Positions 18,281 to 28,533 of a stretch of 64,000 bases of DNA are shown here, piece by piece. Below the pieces are notes generated by a model, which was not told where the DNA came from, did not search any database, and worked only from the letters and a program-made list of their open reading frames with translations. The stretch is from the NCBI GenBank assembly GCA_037445555.1, contig JBBIKG010000018.1:6435-70434 (forward strand). Reading direction: 5' to 3'. The stretch is from Lentimicrobiaceae bacterium (GTDB lineage: Bacteria; Bacteroidota; Bacteroidia; Bacteroidales; JAAYJT01). The position numbers and the translations under genes were made by a program. Positions within the stretch are counted from its first letter, which is position 1. Every line of letters begins with the position of its first letter.

Positions 18281-19413
18281 AACGTGCAGCAATCCTGATA
18301 TTATTAATACTTGTTTTATATGCACCCCTAAGGGCTCAGATACCAGGGTTATACAGTTCTTTCGGGTACGATAGACACAACCGCAAACTGGAACCTACAC
18401 AATGGATAGCAGGATTGCACAGCAATACCTTTCTCAAAAACAATGAGTATTTCGGGCCTTACACCGAAGGTATCACTTATATCGGAACCACCCTGCAACC
18501 ATATGCCAGCTGGGCTGTGAATTCAAAAGTCAGGCTCGTAGGGGGATGGTACCTGAGGCAGTTTTTCGGTGACGACAGCATGAATGCCTCACTTCCGTCT
18601 CTACGAGTGGAGTATGATTTTATACCCGGTGCAAGAGTGGTTGCGGGAAGGCTGTATGGCAGACTGTTTCATGGCTATGCAGAGCCTGTCTTTAGTACAG
18701 ATAACTACTTTAAAACCAAGCCTGAATACGGCCTGCAACTGCTCATGGACCGCCAATATTTCACCTCTGATCTGTGGCTCAGCTGGGAACGTTTCATTCA
18801 ATCCGGCAGCACCGGGCCGGAAATAATCCACGCCGGTTTGGTGTTTCGGGGATATCTGCAGCCAAGGGATAAAGAGCGCGGCCTGGTAGCCGATTTTCAA
18901 TCACTGATATATCACGAGGGCGGTCAGATTGGTTGGCGCGAAACGCCGCTCATCACCCGGGCTAACATGGTCGGAGGGCTGCAATATCTGATGAAACCCG
19001 GACACAGCCTGCTTAACCGCCTCAGCCTGAGTGCATACTACATTCAGGCTCTCGAGCTTTCACCTACCAACCTGCTCCCATACAACAAGGGATATGGTTT
19101 GTTCGGAAGCATTGAGGCTTCAAACAACTGGGCAATGACCTCGGTGAGCTACTTTAACGGGCAATTCTTTTTTGCCCCCTTGGGTGACCGGCTATTTCAA
19201 TCAGTTTCTGATCACCTGCCCTGGTATTTCCAGCACAGCCGAAACCTGATTTTGAATAAAATTATGTTTCAGCACAACCCTTTTGAGTTTATACACCTGG
19301 GGTTCAGGTTTGAGTCGTATTACGACCTGGACGATAAAAGGTTCGATTTCAGCTATGGTTTCAACATTTCGCTCGACCCAATTTTTGCGACGGGATTTCT
19401 TAAAAATAATTGA
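18277..19413 (+). CDS. putative outer-membrane beta-barrel protein, unknown function
   Basis: The ATG overlaps the upstream stop as ATGA. Signal peptide MKRAAILILLILVLYAPLRAQ, then an alternating aromatic/polar pattern throughout. The track ORF start at 18148 is an upstream extension. Confidence 0.55.
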   Translation: MKRAAILILLILVLYAPLRAQIPGLYSSFGYDRHNRKLEPTQWIAGLHSNTFLKNNEYFGPYTEGITYIGTTLQPYASWAVNSKVRLVGGWYLRQFFGDDSMNASLPSLRVEYDFIPGARVVAGRLYGRLFHGYAEPVFSTDNYFKTKPEYGLQLLMDRQYFTSDLWLSWERFIQSGSTGPEIIHAGLVFRGYLQPRDKERGLVADFQSLIYHEGGQIGWRETPLITRANMVGGLQYLMKPGHSLLNRLSLSAYYIQALELSPTNLLPYNKGYGLFGSIEASNNWAMTSVSYFNGQFFFAPLGDRLFQSVSDHLPWYFQHSRNLILNKIMFQHNPFEFIHLGFRFESYYDLDDKRFDFSYGFNISLDPIFATGFLKNN

Positions 19414-19417
19414 AATT

Positions 19418-19445
19418 CAAATCTTTTAACAAGATTTTTACTTCT
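19418..19445 (+). terminator. possible weak AT-rich terminator after the envelope operon
   Basis: aaatctt-ttaac-aagattt (7-bp stem made only of A/T plus one C/G pair), followed by a T-rich tract. Confidence 0.35.
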
Positions 19446-19500
19446 TAATACAATCAATTCTGCTGGCCGGTTGTTTATAATACATTAAGTACAGCCTCGC

Positions 19501-21714
19501 ATGATTGAGGTCAAGACCATACCGGTTGTCGGAATGTCCTGTGCTGCATGTGCTGTTAGCATAGAAGATAAGCTGCGTTCTGTTAGCGGAATCAGGAAAG
19601 CATCCGTCAATTTCGCCAATAACTCTGCTTTAATTGAATATGATCCCGATCTGACATCACTGCAATCTATTAGGCAGGATCTGCATGAGCTTGGATATGA
19701 GTTGATCATTGATGAAGACACTAATGGGGCGAAGAAACACGAGGCTGAAAATGCCAGGAGTGTCCGGCTCAGGAAGAAGCTGGCTATTGCCGTTCTTTTC
19801 TCATTACCTGTGCTGTCGATCAGCATGGGCTGGCATCACCGGCCAGATTGGGTCAATTATTTATTGCTCGTTCTTACCCTTCCTGTTGTAATTTATTCTG
19901 GTTCTGAGTTTTACGTAAAGGCGATACGTCATTTGCGTAAGCGCATGGCGAACATGGACACACTGGTGACCTTAGGCACGGGCGCAGCTTTTCTTTTTAG
20001 TCTTGCAAATACAATCTTTCCTTCCTGGTTTTCAGGGTTGGGTTCAACACAGCTCGTTTATTTCGAATCATCGGCTGTCATAATCACCTTTGTGCTTCTG
20101 GGACGCTATCTCGAAGAAAGGGCTAAGTCAAGAGCCTCTGCTGCAATCAGGCAGCTAATGGACCTTCAGCCAAAAAGGGTGAGTGTGATCCGTGGAGGCG
20201 AAGAACTCATCCTGCCGCTTCAGCAGATTATACCGGGCGATAGAATCGTTATCCGACCGGGCGAGAAAGTCCCGGTGGATGGATTGGTTCTCGACGGGGA
20301 ATCGTATGTTGACGAAAGCATGGTCAGCGGAGAACATATTCCGTTGTATAAATCCGGAGGCGATTTGGTTTTTGCCGGCACCGTCAATCAACACGGATTA
20401 TTGCATATCCGTGCCGAAAAGATCGGAAGCCAAACCTTACTGGGGCAAATTATCCGGATGGTCGAACAGGCGCAGGCATCAAAAGCTCCTATTCAGCAAC
20501 TGGCCGATAAAATATCATCGGTCTTTGTGCCTGTAGTGTTGGTGATAGCTTTCGTAACCTTCACAGCCTGGCTGGTTTTTGGACCTGAGCTTTCATTGCC
20601 TTTGGCCACAGTTGCTGCCGTTAGCGTGCTGGTCATTGCCTGCCCGTGTGCCCTTGGTCTGGCTACACCTACGGCATTGATGGCTTCCATTGGAAGGGGG
20701 GCAACCTTGGGTATACTGGTTAAGGATGCCGAGAGTCTTGAGAAAGCTCATAAAGCCGATATGGTATTGTGCGATAAAACAGGTACCCTTACACTCGGCC
20801 ACCCTTTTGTAGTTGACTATTTTGAAACGGGTGTTATTGAGAAAGAAGCTCTGCGTCAACTGGTTTGGCAGGTTGTATCGGCATCCAAACATCCACTGGC
20901 AATTGCCATTGCTTCAAGCCTGATACATTACAAGTCACCAGTGGATGAGGTTACTGAAGTAGCTAACATGCCCGGAGACGGGATTCGTGCCGTTGTGAAA
21001 GGCAAGCCATATTATGCCGGCAGTGACTCCTTGCTGTCCAAGTATGAAGTTCGTGCCGGAGAGCACCATCAGTCCGTAATAGATGGTTGGGTAGCGCTGG
21101 GACATTCTATTGTATTTTTTTTTGATGAGAGCCATCTTTATGCGGCCTATGCACTGAATGATCCACTCAGGCCCGGAATGGCTGAAGTTATCGCTTCGCT
21201 AAAAAAAATGGGGAAGGAGGTGGCTGTGGTGAGCGGGGATCATCCTACATCCGTCCGGAAAATCGCCGAAGAAACAGGTATCACTTCCTTCTACCCTGAT
21301 ATGAAACCGGCTGACAAGTTTGAACTCATCAGTAGACTTCAGGGTCAGGGTAAGACGGTGGCCATGTTTGGCGATGGTATCAACGATTCGGCTGCCCTTG
21401 CCAGAGCAGACATAGGCATTTCACTTGCTACAGGATCGGATATAGCTATCGAAAGCTCGGGACTTACCCTGGTGGGAAACGACCCTGCGCTGCTATTCAA
21501 AGCATTTCGGTTATCCGACAAAACTGTACGCATTATCAGGCAAAACCTTTTCTGGGCGTTTTTTTACAATATCATTGCAATACCTCTTGCTGCCGGATTG
21601 TTTTTGCCCCTGACCGGCCACCTGCTTAACCCCATGATAGCTGGAGCAGCCATGGCATTCAGCTCGGTTACTGTTGTTTTGAATAGCCTCAGACTCAGAG
21701 CATTTCGAATTTAA
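19501..21714 (+). CDS. copA: copper-translocating P1B-type ATPase
   Basis: N-terminal HMA domain GMSCAACAVSIE, TM CPC motif (ACPCALGLATP), phosphorylation site DKTGTLT, and GDGINDSAAL. Confidence 0.9.
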   Translation: MIEVKTIPVVGMSCAACAVSIEDKLRSVSGIRKASVNFANNSALIEYDPDLTSLQSIRQDLHELGYELIIDEDTNGAKKHEAENARSVRLRKKLAIAVLFSLPVLSISMGWHHRPDWVNYLLLVLTLPVVIYSGSEFYVKAIRHLRKRMANMDTLVTLGTGAAFLFSLANTIFPSWFSGLGSTQLVYFESSAVIITFVLLGRYLEERAKSRASAAIRQLMDLQPKRVSVIRGGEELILPLQQIIPGDRIVIRPGEKVPVDGLVLDGESYVDESMVSGEHIPLYKSGGDLVFAGTVNQHGLLHIRAEKIGSQTLLGQIIRMVEQAQASKAPIQQLADKISSVFVPVVLVIAFVTFTAWLVFGPELSLPLATVAAVSVLVIACPCALGLATPTALMASIGRGATLGILVKDAESLEKAHKADMVLCDKTGTLTLGHPFVVDYFETGVIEKEALRQLVWQVVSASKHPLAIAIASSLIHYKSPVDEVTEVANMPGDGIRAVVKGKPYYAGSDSLLSKYEVRAGEHHQSVIDGWVALGHSIVFFFDESHLYAAYALNDPLRPGMAEVIASLKKMGKEVAVVSGDHPTSVRKIAEETGITSFYPDMKPADKFELISRLQGQGKTVAMFGDGINDSAALARADIGISLATGSDIAIESSGLTLVGNDPALLFKAFRLSDKTVRIIRQNLFWAFFYNIIAIPLAAGLFLPLTGHLLNPMIAGAAMAFSSVTVVLNSLRLRAFRI

Positions 21715-21720
21715 CCGCAA

Positions 21721-21939
21721 ATGAAAACCCTATACTTTAAAACTAACCTCAAATGCAACGGCTGTGTAAATGCCATTGCCCCTGCAATGAATGAAATCCC
21801 GGGCCTTGTGCGCTGGGAAACTGATCTGATTGCTCCAGAGAGTATACTAACGGTTGTTACCGAAACGGATATTACTGAAAGCATTTTGGAGGCCGTACGA
21901 AAGGCAGGCTACACGATAGAGCCGGTCGGCAGCCGATAG
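21721..21939 (+). CDS. small heavy-metal-associated (HMA) domain protein, CopZ-like
   Basis: 72 aa, starting 6 nt after the copA stop. It carries a CNGC metal-binding pair in the position of the canonical CxxC motif. Confidence 0.7.
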   Translation: MKTLYFKTNLKCNGCVNAIAPAMNEIPGLVRWETDLIAPESILTVVTETDITESILEAVRKAGYTIEPVGSR

Positions 21940-21968
21940 TAAGTTCTAAGTTTATTTGATTCTTGAAT

Positions 21969-23903
21969 CTAGTTGGTGATTTTAAATTCAGTGCGGCGGT
22001 TGGCAGCTCTTCCTTCGGGCGTGGCATTTGATTCGATAGGAAGGGCGTCGCCCATGCCTGAATGTTTCAGCCTTTTCTGGTCAATTCCTCTTGATACAAG
22101 ATAATCATACACTGCTTTGGCACGCTTTTCGGAAAGTTGCTGGTTGTAGTCTGACTTACCTGTATTATCTGTGTGACCAATAATTTCGGCCTTGATCAAA
22201 GGTGTCTCGTTCAGCATCCGAACCAGTCTGGTCAGCTCTGGGCCCGATTCAGGCTGAAGCTCATAACTGTCATGAGCAAAGAAAATGTTCTTCAGTACCT
22301 CGATTTGTCCCACTTCGATTGGACGCATCAACACATCGAGCTGATAGGGCTTTTGATAGAGGGTTACTGAGTCGGGTGAAAAATGTTCTGAGTAGAACAT
22401 GTAGCCGAGCCTGTTGGCATGCAGTGCATATCTTTTGCCAGTCGGAAGCACCACCAGGAATTCTCCTCTTCTATCTTCCGAAAAGGTGTGCACCATCACC
22501 TTACCAGCTTCCAGGTCGATAAGATCAAGGGACGCTTGAAGCGGTGCCAGCGTTTTGATGGAGCGCACAGTACCCTTGATATAACTCACGGGCAGCGGTC
22601 TTACAGCCTCGGGCAGCCTGAAGCTGTAGATATCATACCCGCCGTAGCCGTCGGAGCGGGAGGCTGAAATAAAGGCAAAATCGCCCTGCGACGATACTGT
22701 CAGACCAATTTCATCGGCATATGTATTTATGGGATACCCGATGTTCTCAGGTTCATTCCATTGTCCATCGGGTTGCAAGGTGGTTACAAATAAATCTGCC
22801 CCACCCATTCCCGGAAGCCCTCGCGACGAGAAATAAAGAGTGCGGCCATCGTAGTGGATAAAGGGAGACATCTCGTCCTCTTTGGTGTTGATTTGCGGTC
22901 CTAGATTTTCAGGCGTTGACCATGACCCATCTGCCTGCAGCTCAGTTTTCCAGATATCTGATCCCCCGAAGCCCCCGGACCGGTTGCTGGCAAAAAAGAG
23001 TGTTTTGCCATCCGACGACAAACTGGGCTGGGATTCCCATCTTGAGGTGTTAACCGGACGACCCAGATTCATGGGGTTGGCCCAATACCCGTTTTCTTTC
23101 ACCGAGTAATACAGGTCGCAACTTCCAAAACCGTCGGGCTGGTGGCAGGAAGTTAGAAATAAATAGCGGCCATCGGGTGAGACCGAGAGGGCACCTTCGC
23201 TACCAGCCCGCGCTGCGTCAAGCGGAAAAACCTTTGCCTTATCCCAGCTTCCGTTGACTTTGTCCGTATAATAGAATTCCTCACGGTAGTTTCTGCGTCC
23301 GTTACTAGCAGCGATCGGGGTTTTAAGGGTAAATATCAGGGTGTTGCCATCAACAGAGATGGCATTCACGTATTCGTCGTCGGGTGTGTTTACCAGATTA
23401 CCCAGGTTGACAGGCTCGAAGGGTACAGGGTTTGCCTTTAGCTTTTGCGCCCGTTCTGAGCGATCCATCAGTTGCACTACCTGGTGGTAATCTGTAGCTG
23501 TTGGATGGTGGCGGAGGTATTCTCCGAACGACGACACCGATTTGTCATATCTGCCGCTACTGAAATTTAACCTGCCTAAAATGCGGTTAACCTCCGTGAG
23601 TGCGTCAGGCTTGCTGAGGATTGCAAGCTCATAATAACGAATAGCAGAATCATACAATTTTATTTCGCTATATGCATCGGCGGTAAGCAGATATGCTTCG
23701 GATAGCTTTGGATCTGTTTTTATTGCCTTCGATGCATGCCGGATAGCGATGAGGTAGTCCTGGGCGGTAAAGGCTCGAAAGGCTTTGGTGTATTCGCGGC
23801 GGGCGCGGGCCGAGGAGGTTATGACCTGCGCCGACTGTCCGCAAAGTTCAGAGATGCCTGCGAATAACAGAAACATCAGGAAATATGCAGGCAGCAGCCT
23901 CAT
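21969..23903 (-). CDS. OmpA-family protein with N-terminal TPR repeats and TolB-like (PD40) beta-propeller repeats
   Basis: Signal peptide, then TPR-like helices and repeated SxDG..L.F.S motifs. The C-terminal OmpA domain reads IIGHTDNTGKSDYNQQLSEKRAKAV ... NRRTEF. Confidence 0.8.
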   Translation of the reverse strand: MRLLPAYFLMFLLFAGISELCGQSAQVITSSARARREYTKAFRAFTAQDYLIAIRHASKAIKTDPKLSEAYLLTADAYSEIKLYDSAIRYYELAILSKPDALTEVNRILGRLNFSSGRYDKSVSSFGEYLRHHPTATDYHQVVQLMDRSERAQKLKANPVPFEPVNLGNLVNTPDDEYVNAISVDGNTLIFTLKTPIAASNGRRNYREEFYYTDKVNGSWDKAKVFPLDAARAGSEGALSVSPDGRYLFLTSCHQPDGFGSCDLYYSVKENGYWANPMNLGRPVNTSRWESQPSLSSDGKTLFFASNRSGGFGGSDIWKTELQADGSWSTPENLGPQINTKEDEMSPFIHYDGRTLYFSSRGLPGMGGADLFVTTLQPDGQWNEPENIGYPINTYADEIGLTVSSQGDFAFISASRSDGYGGYDIYSFRLPEAVRPLPVSYIKGTVRSIKTLAPLQASLDLIDLEAGKVMVHTFSEDRRGEFLVVLPTGKRYALHANRLGYMFYSEHFSPDSVTLYQKPYQLDVLMRPIEVGQIEVLKNIFFAHDSYELQPESGPELTRLVRMLNETPLIKAEIIGHTDNTGKSDYNQQLSEKRAKAVYDYLVSRGIDQKRLKHSGMGDALPIESNATPEGRAANRRTEFKITN

Positions 23904-23959
23904 AAAATCTTGCGCTGATTAGAACCCATAAAGATAATAAATCGGGGGGATCAGAGAGA

Positions 23960-24589
23960 TCAGGGAATATGGATGTATTTATGGCTTTGCAGCGAGAGCA
24001 TCCACCACGGGTGTTGCAGGATATAATCCACTATGGCCGGCGTCACCACTTCGCGGGCACTCCATTCGGCCTGCATGAAGAGCTTGCAGCCGGGATTTAC
24101 TTTATAGGCATTATCTTCTGCCCAGGCAATATCCGACTGTTCAAAAATGATGACTTTCAACTCGTTGGCCACGGGATAGAGCGCATCCAGCGGTGGTGAT
24201 TGTTTCTTGGGCGAAAGGCAGATCCAGTCAAAGCTTCCCCTCGGTGGCTCTGATCCGGAGGTCTCAAGAAAAATCTCGAATCCTTTTTGATGAAGCAATG
24301 CACAAAGCGGGTTCAGGTTATATAGAAGTGGTTCACCTCCGGTTATCACCACCGAACGGGCAGGGTGCTTCTCAGCTTGAAACACTACTTCATCGATGTG
24401 GATGGCAGGATGCAACTCCGCATCCCAGGATTCTTTTATGTCGCACCACCAGCATCCGTTGTCGCACCCTCCGATACGTACAAAAAAAGCCGCTTTACCT
24501 GTATGATATCCTTCGCCCTGCAGTGAGTAAAAGGTCTCCATCACAGGCAACATCAGGCCCTGGGCGATCCTGTCATCCGTAAAGGTCAT
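23960..24589 (-). CDS. queE: 7-carboxy-7-deazaguanine synthase (radical SAM)
   Basis: SLQGEGYHTGKAAFFVRIGGCDNGCWWCD is the QueE-type cluster motif. Length is 209 aa. Confidence 0.85.
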   Translation of the reverse strand: MTFTDDRIAQGLMLPVMETFYSLQGEGYHTGKAAFFVRIGGCDNGCWWCDIKESWDAELHPAIHIDEVVFQAEKHPARSVVITGGEPLLYNLNPLCALLHQKGFEIFLETSGSEPPRGSFDWICLSPKKQSPPLDALYPVANELKVIIFEQSDIAWAEDNAYKVNPGCKLFMQAEWSAREVVTPAIVDYILQHPWWMLSLQSHKYIHIP

Positions 24590-24599
24590 CAGGCTGGTT

Positions 24600-25484
24600 T
24601 TATCGATACCATATTTCTTGGCGTGCCGCTTTCAGGGTATTTGAGAGCAAGCTGACGATCGTCATCGGGCCCACACCACCCGGCACCGGGGTAATCCACG
24701 AGGTTTTTTTGCTGACATCAGCATATTTCACATCTCCGATGAGTTGGTGGGTGCCCTCTTCTTTGCTTCCCATACGATGAATTCCTACGTCGATTACCAC
24801 AGCTCCTTCCTTAACCATATCTGCAGTGACAAATTCGGGCTGCCCCATGGCTGCAATCAGGATATCGGCAGTAGCGGCAATCTGAGGCAGATCAGAGGTA
24901 TAACTGTGGCAGATCGTTACAGTACAGTTGCCGGGGCTGGTTTTTCTCGAAAGTAACATGGCTATAGGTGTGCCCACAATCTGACTCCGACCCAGCACCA
25001 CGCAATGTTTTCCTTTGGTGTTGATACGGTAGTACTCCAGCAACTGGATAATACCGTACGGAGTGGCCGGCAGGTAGCATGGAAGGTTTTGAACCATGCG
25101 CCCAACGTTTACAGGGTGAAACCCATCCACATCCTTCGCCGGATTAATTCTTTCCATAACCGTATGCCCGGATATATGTATTGGCAGTGGAAGCTGCACG
25201 ATGAAACCGTCCACTTCGTCATCGTTGTTTAAAAAATCAATTGCCTTCAGCAAATCTGATTCGCTGGTGCTGGCCGGAAACCTGTAGGTGGAAGAGGTTA
25301 TGCCAACACTCTGGGCAGCTTTTCCCTTGCTCTGCACGTAAGTGTGGCTTGCCGCATCATCACCTACGATGATAGCTGCAAGATGAGGAGCTTTATAGCC
25401 TGCATCAATCATGGCAGCTACTGCGGCAGCAATTTCTTTTTTTTTGGCTTCGGCAACCATTTTGCCGTCAATGATCTGGGTCAT
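24600..25484 (-). CDS. folD: bifunctional methylenetetrahydrofolate dehydrogenase / methenyltetrahydrofolate cyclohydrolase
   Basis: IIDGK ... LAAIIVGDDAASHTYV ... GFIVQLPLP ... VVLGRSQIVGTP ... TPVPGGVGPMT. Confidence 0.9.
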   Translation of the reverse strand: MTQIIDGKMVAEAKKKEIAAAVAAMIDAGYKAPHLAAIIVGDDAASHTYVQSKGKAAQSVGITSSTYRFPASTSESDLLKAIDFLNNDDEVDGFIVQLPLPIHISGHTVMERINPAKDVDGFHPVNVGRMVQNLPCYLPATPYGIIQLLEYYRINTKGKHCVVLGRSQIVGTPIAMLLSRKTSPGNCTVTICHSYTSDLPQIAATADILIAAMGQPEFVTADMVKEGAVVIDVGIHRMGSKEEGTHQLIGDVKYADVSKKTSWITPVPGGVGPMTIVSLLSNTLKAARQEIWYR

Positions 25485-25525
25485 ATACTCAGGGTAATAA
25501 ATATTGGTTATGGGGCTAAGCCCGG

Positions 25526-26863
25526 CTAACGCCTGTTTCCTTTGTTTTTCACCAAACGCATCATGTTGGTGGCTCCCCCGCCTGCAACCGTACGCATGAT
25601 TTTTCGGGTGTCTTCAAACTGTCGTACGAGCCTGTTAACCTGCTGTATATCTGTGCCACTTCCTGAGGCAATTCTTTTCCGGCGACTTCCGTTCAGCAGA
25701 TTCGGATCGGTACGCTCCTGCGGTGTCATGGAATTGATTATAGCCTCGATGCTTTTGAAGGCATTATCGTCGATATCGATGTCTTTAAGTGCTTTTCCCA
25801 TCCCGGGTATCATTCCCATCAGATCCTTGATGTTTCCCATCTTCTTGATCTGCCTTATTTGTGATAGGAAATCGTTGAAATTAAACTGGTTCTTGATGAG
25901 TTTTTTCTGTAACTCCCTGGCTTCCTTTTCATCGAACTGCTCCTGTGCTTTTTCGACCAGCGAAACAATGTCGCCCATGCCCAGGATACGGTCGGCCATA
26001 CGTTCGGGATGAAATGCATCGATGGCATCAATTTTTTCGCCAATACCCACAAATTTGATGGGCTTATCCACAACAGCCTTGATGCTGAGGGCAGCCCCGC
26101 CGCGTGTGTCGCCGTCGAGTTTTGTCAGCACTACACCATCGAAATCGAGGCGGTCATTGAAAGCTTTGGCTGTGTTTACAGCATCCTGACCGGTCATAGC
26201 ATCTACTACAAACAGGATTTCGTGCGGGTTGACGGCCTCTTTGATAGCAGCAATTTCGTTCATCATCAGCTCGTCGATGGCAAGTCGGCCTGCCGTGTCG
26301 ATAATTACTGCCTGACATCCTTTTTCGCGAGCGTATACAAGGGATTTTTTGGCAATCTTAACAGGGTCACGGTTATCGTCCTCGCTGTATACCTCAACAC
26401 CAATCTGGCTGCCTAGTACCTTGAGCTGCTCAACGGCCGCCGGACGGTAGATGTCACAGGCTACAAGCAGAGGCTTTTTACCTCTCTTGGTCTTAATAAG
26501 GCTGGCGAGTTTTGCTGAAAATGTGGTTTTGCCCGAGCCTTGCAGGCCCGCCATCAGGATGATGGCAGGGTTTGGCTTAATATTGATGTCTTGCCGCTCC
26601 CCACCCATCAGGGCAGCCAGCTCATCATGCACTATTTTTATCATCAATTGCCCCGGCGAAACCGCTGAGAGCACTTTGGCCCCAAGGGCTTTTTCCTTAA
26701 CTGTATCGGTAAATTGCTTGGCAATCTTATAGCTTACATCAGCTTCGAGCAACGCTTTTCTTACATCCTTGAGAGACTCAGCCACATTGATTTCAGTGAT
26801 GTGGCCATGCCCTTTCAGGATCTTAAAGGCCCTTTCCAGCTTATCGGACAAATTCTCAAACAT
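25526..26863 (-). CDS. ffh: signal recognition particle protein
   Basis: MFENLSDKLERAFK, GLQGSGKTT (G1), DTAGR, TKLDGD, and a methionine-rich M domain. Confidence 0.95.
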   Translation of the reverse strand: MFENLSDKLERAFKILKGHGHITEINVAESLKDVRKALLEADVSYKIAKQFTDTVKEKALGAKVLSAVSPGQLMIKIVHDELAALMGGERQDINIKPNPAIILMAGLQGSGKTTFSAKLASLIKTKRGKKPLLVACDIYRPAAVEQLKVLGSQIGVEVYSEDDNRDPVKIAKKSLVYAREKGCQAVIIDTAGRLAIDELMMNEIAAIKEAVNPHEILFVVDAMTGQDAVNTAKAFNDRLDFDGVVLTKLDGDTRGGAALSIKAVVDKPIKFVGIGEKIDAIDAFHPERMADRILGMGDIVSLVEKAQEQFDEKEARELQKKLIKNQFNFNDFLSQIRQIKKMGNIKDLMGMIPGMGKALKDIDIDDNAFKSIEAIINSMTPQERTDPNLLNGSRRKRIASGSGTDIQQVNRLVRQFEDTRKIMRTVAGGGATNMMRLVKNKGNRR

Positions 26864-27193
26864 CGCGGATATAGTTTATCGGGGCGCAAAAGTACTCATT
26901 TAATTCCAAAGCCGGAAAAGATTGATGAAACATACCCAAAAGACTGGTGCTCAGAACCGCTTGCCTTAAACACTCTTGCATCGTTTACAGAAGCAGTAAT
27001 GGTATTCCGTGTGAGTGCTTTTTGACAGAATATTTACAAATCAGATGGTTATAAAATCCGGTGACAACCTCTTATTTAAAACCGTTTTAAATAACTATGT
27101 CCGATCACTTTTAGCCCTGGCTCTTATATTATGATCCGTTAAATATTTCTACCTTCGCCGCATCGACCCAATATTTAATTAACTTAAGCTACC

Positions 27194-27421
27194 ATGGCAA
27201 AAGTCAAAGGCGATATCGTGATTGACATTGAGAGGTGCAAGGGCTGCGAGGTTTGTGTACTGTCGTGTCCCGAAAGTGTGATTGCCTTGTCCAAAAATGT
27301 AAATAGCAAAGGCTATCACTACCTCGAAAAAGTGAACGATTTATGTACCGGTTGCACCAACTGTGCCATAGTCTGCCCCGACGGGGTGATCACGGTATAC
27401 CGTGTCAAAATTAACACTTAG
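27194..27421 (+). CDS. 2x[4Fe-4S] ferredoxin-type delta subunit of 2-oxoacid:ferredoxin oxidoreductase
   Basis: Two CxxCxxCxxxCP motifs (CKGCEVCVLSCP, CTGCTNCAIVCP) in 75 aa, immediately upstream of the alpha subunit. Confidence 0.8.
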   Translation: MAKVKGDIVIDIERCKGCEVCVLSCPESVIALSKNVNSKGYHYLEKVNDLCTGCTNCAIVCPDGVITVYRVKINT

Positions 27422-27441
27422 TACAATAACCATCTGAACAT

Positions 27442-28530
27442 ATGACAAAGAAAGAGTTGAGACTCATGAAAGGCAATGAAGCCGTAGCTGAAGCTGCCAT
27501 ACGAATCGGAGTCGACGGCTATTTTGGGTATCCCATCACCCCGCAGTCGGAGGTACTTGAATACCTGATGGCCGAGCGACCGTATGATCGCACGGGTATG
27601 GTGGTTTTGCAGGCCGAAAGTGAGGTGGCTGCTATCAACATGGTGTATGGAGCGGCCGGATGCGGCATGAAAGCCCTTACATCTTCCTCAAGTCCCGGCA
27701 TAAGCCTGAAGCAGGAAGGCATATCCTACCTGGCCGGGGCAGAACTTCCGTGCGTCATCCTGAATGTGGTGCGCGGCGGCCCGGGGCTTGGCACTATCCA
27801 GCCATCCCAATCCGATTATTTCCAGGCGGTAAAAGGAGGTGGACATGGCGATTATCGGATGTTGGTGCTGGCACCCGCTTCGGTGCAGGAAATGGCCGAC
27901 CATGTGGTGCTGGGCTTTGACCTGGCATTTAAATACAGGAATCCGGTGATGATCCTTTCGGACGGAGCCATCGGGCAGATGATGGAAAAGGTGGAACTTC
28001 CGCCACAAATGCCAAGACGTACCATCGAACAGATCGAAAAAGAATGTCCGTGGGCATCGCTGGGCAAGAAAGCCGACCGCGAGCGGAACATCATCACCTC
28101 GCTTGAGCTTGATTCGCTGAAGCAGGAAAAGCATAACCTGCGACTGCAGGAAAAATACGCCCGGATGGAACGTGAAGAAGTACAATACGAAAAGATTCAG
28201 TGCGACGACGCGGAATATCTTCTTGTGGCGTTCGGGACAAGCTCGCGTATTTGCCAAAAGACTATCCAGCTGGCTCGTGCCAAGGGTATTAAGGTGGGTC
28301 TGCTTCGCCCCATCACGCTATTCCCATTCCCGAAGGAAGTACTGTTTGAGCTCTCAAAAACGGTAAAAGGAATACTCGTCGTTGAAATGAACGCCGGACA
28401 GATGATCGAAGATGTCAAGCTGGCAGTGTGCAGCAGGATCAAGGCCGAACATTACGGAAGGTTTGGAGGTATCATGCCTACCCCCACGGAGGTGCTGCAA
28501 GCTCTGGAAGAAAAAATTATCGGAGGTTAA
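27442..28530 (+). CDS. 2-oxoacid:ferredoxin oxidoreductase alpha subunit (Kor/Vor type)
   Basis: MKGNEAVAEAAIRIGVDGYFGYPITPQSE ... is the typical N-terminus of the POR/KOR alpha subunit. Confidence 0.85.
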   Translation: MTKKELRLMKGNEAVAEAAIRIGVDGYFGYPITPQSEVLEYLMAERPYDRTGMVVLQAESEVAAINMVYGAAGCGMKALTSSSSPGISLKQEGISYLAGAELPCVILNVVRGGPGLGTIQPSQSDYFQAVKGGGHGDYRMLVLAPASVQEMADHVVLGFDLAFKYRNPVMILSDGAIGQMMEKVELPPQMPRRTIEQIEKECPWASLGKKADRERNIITSLELDSLKQEKHNLRLQEKYARMEREEVQYEKIQCDDAEYLLVAFGTSSRICQKTIQLARAKGIKVGLLRPITLFPFPKEVLFELSKTVKGILVVEMNAGQMIEDVKLAVCSRIKAEHYGRFGGIMPTPTEVLQALEEKIIGG

Positions 28531-28533
28531 GAC

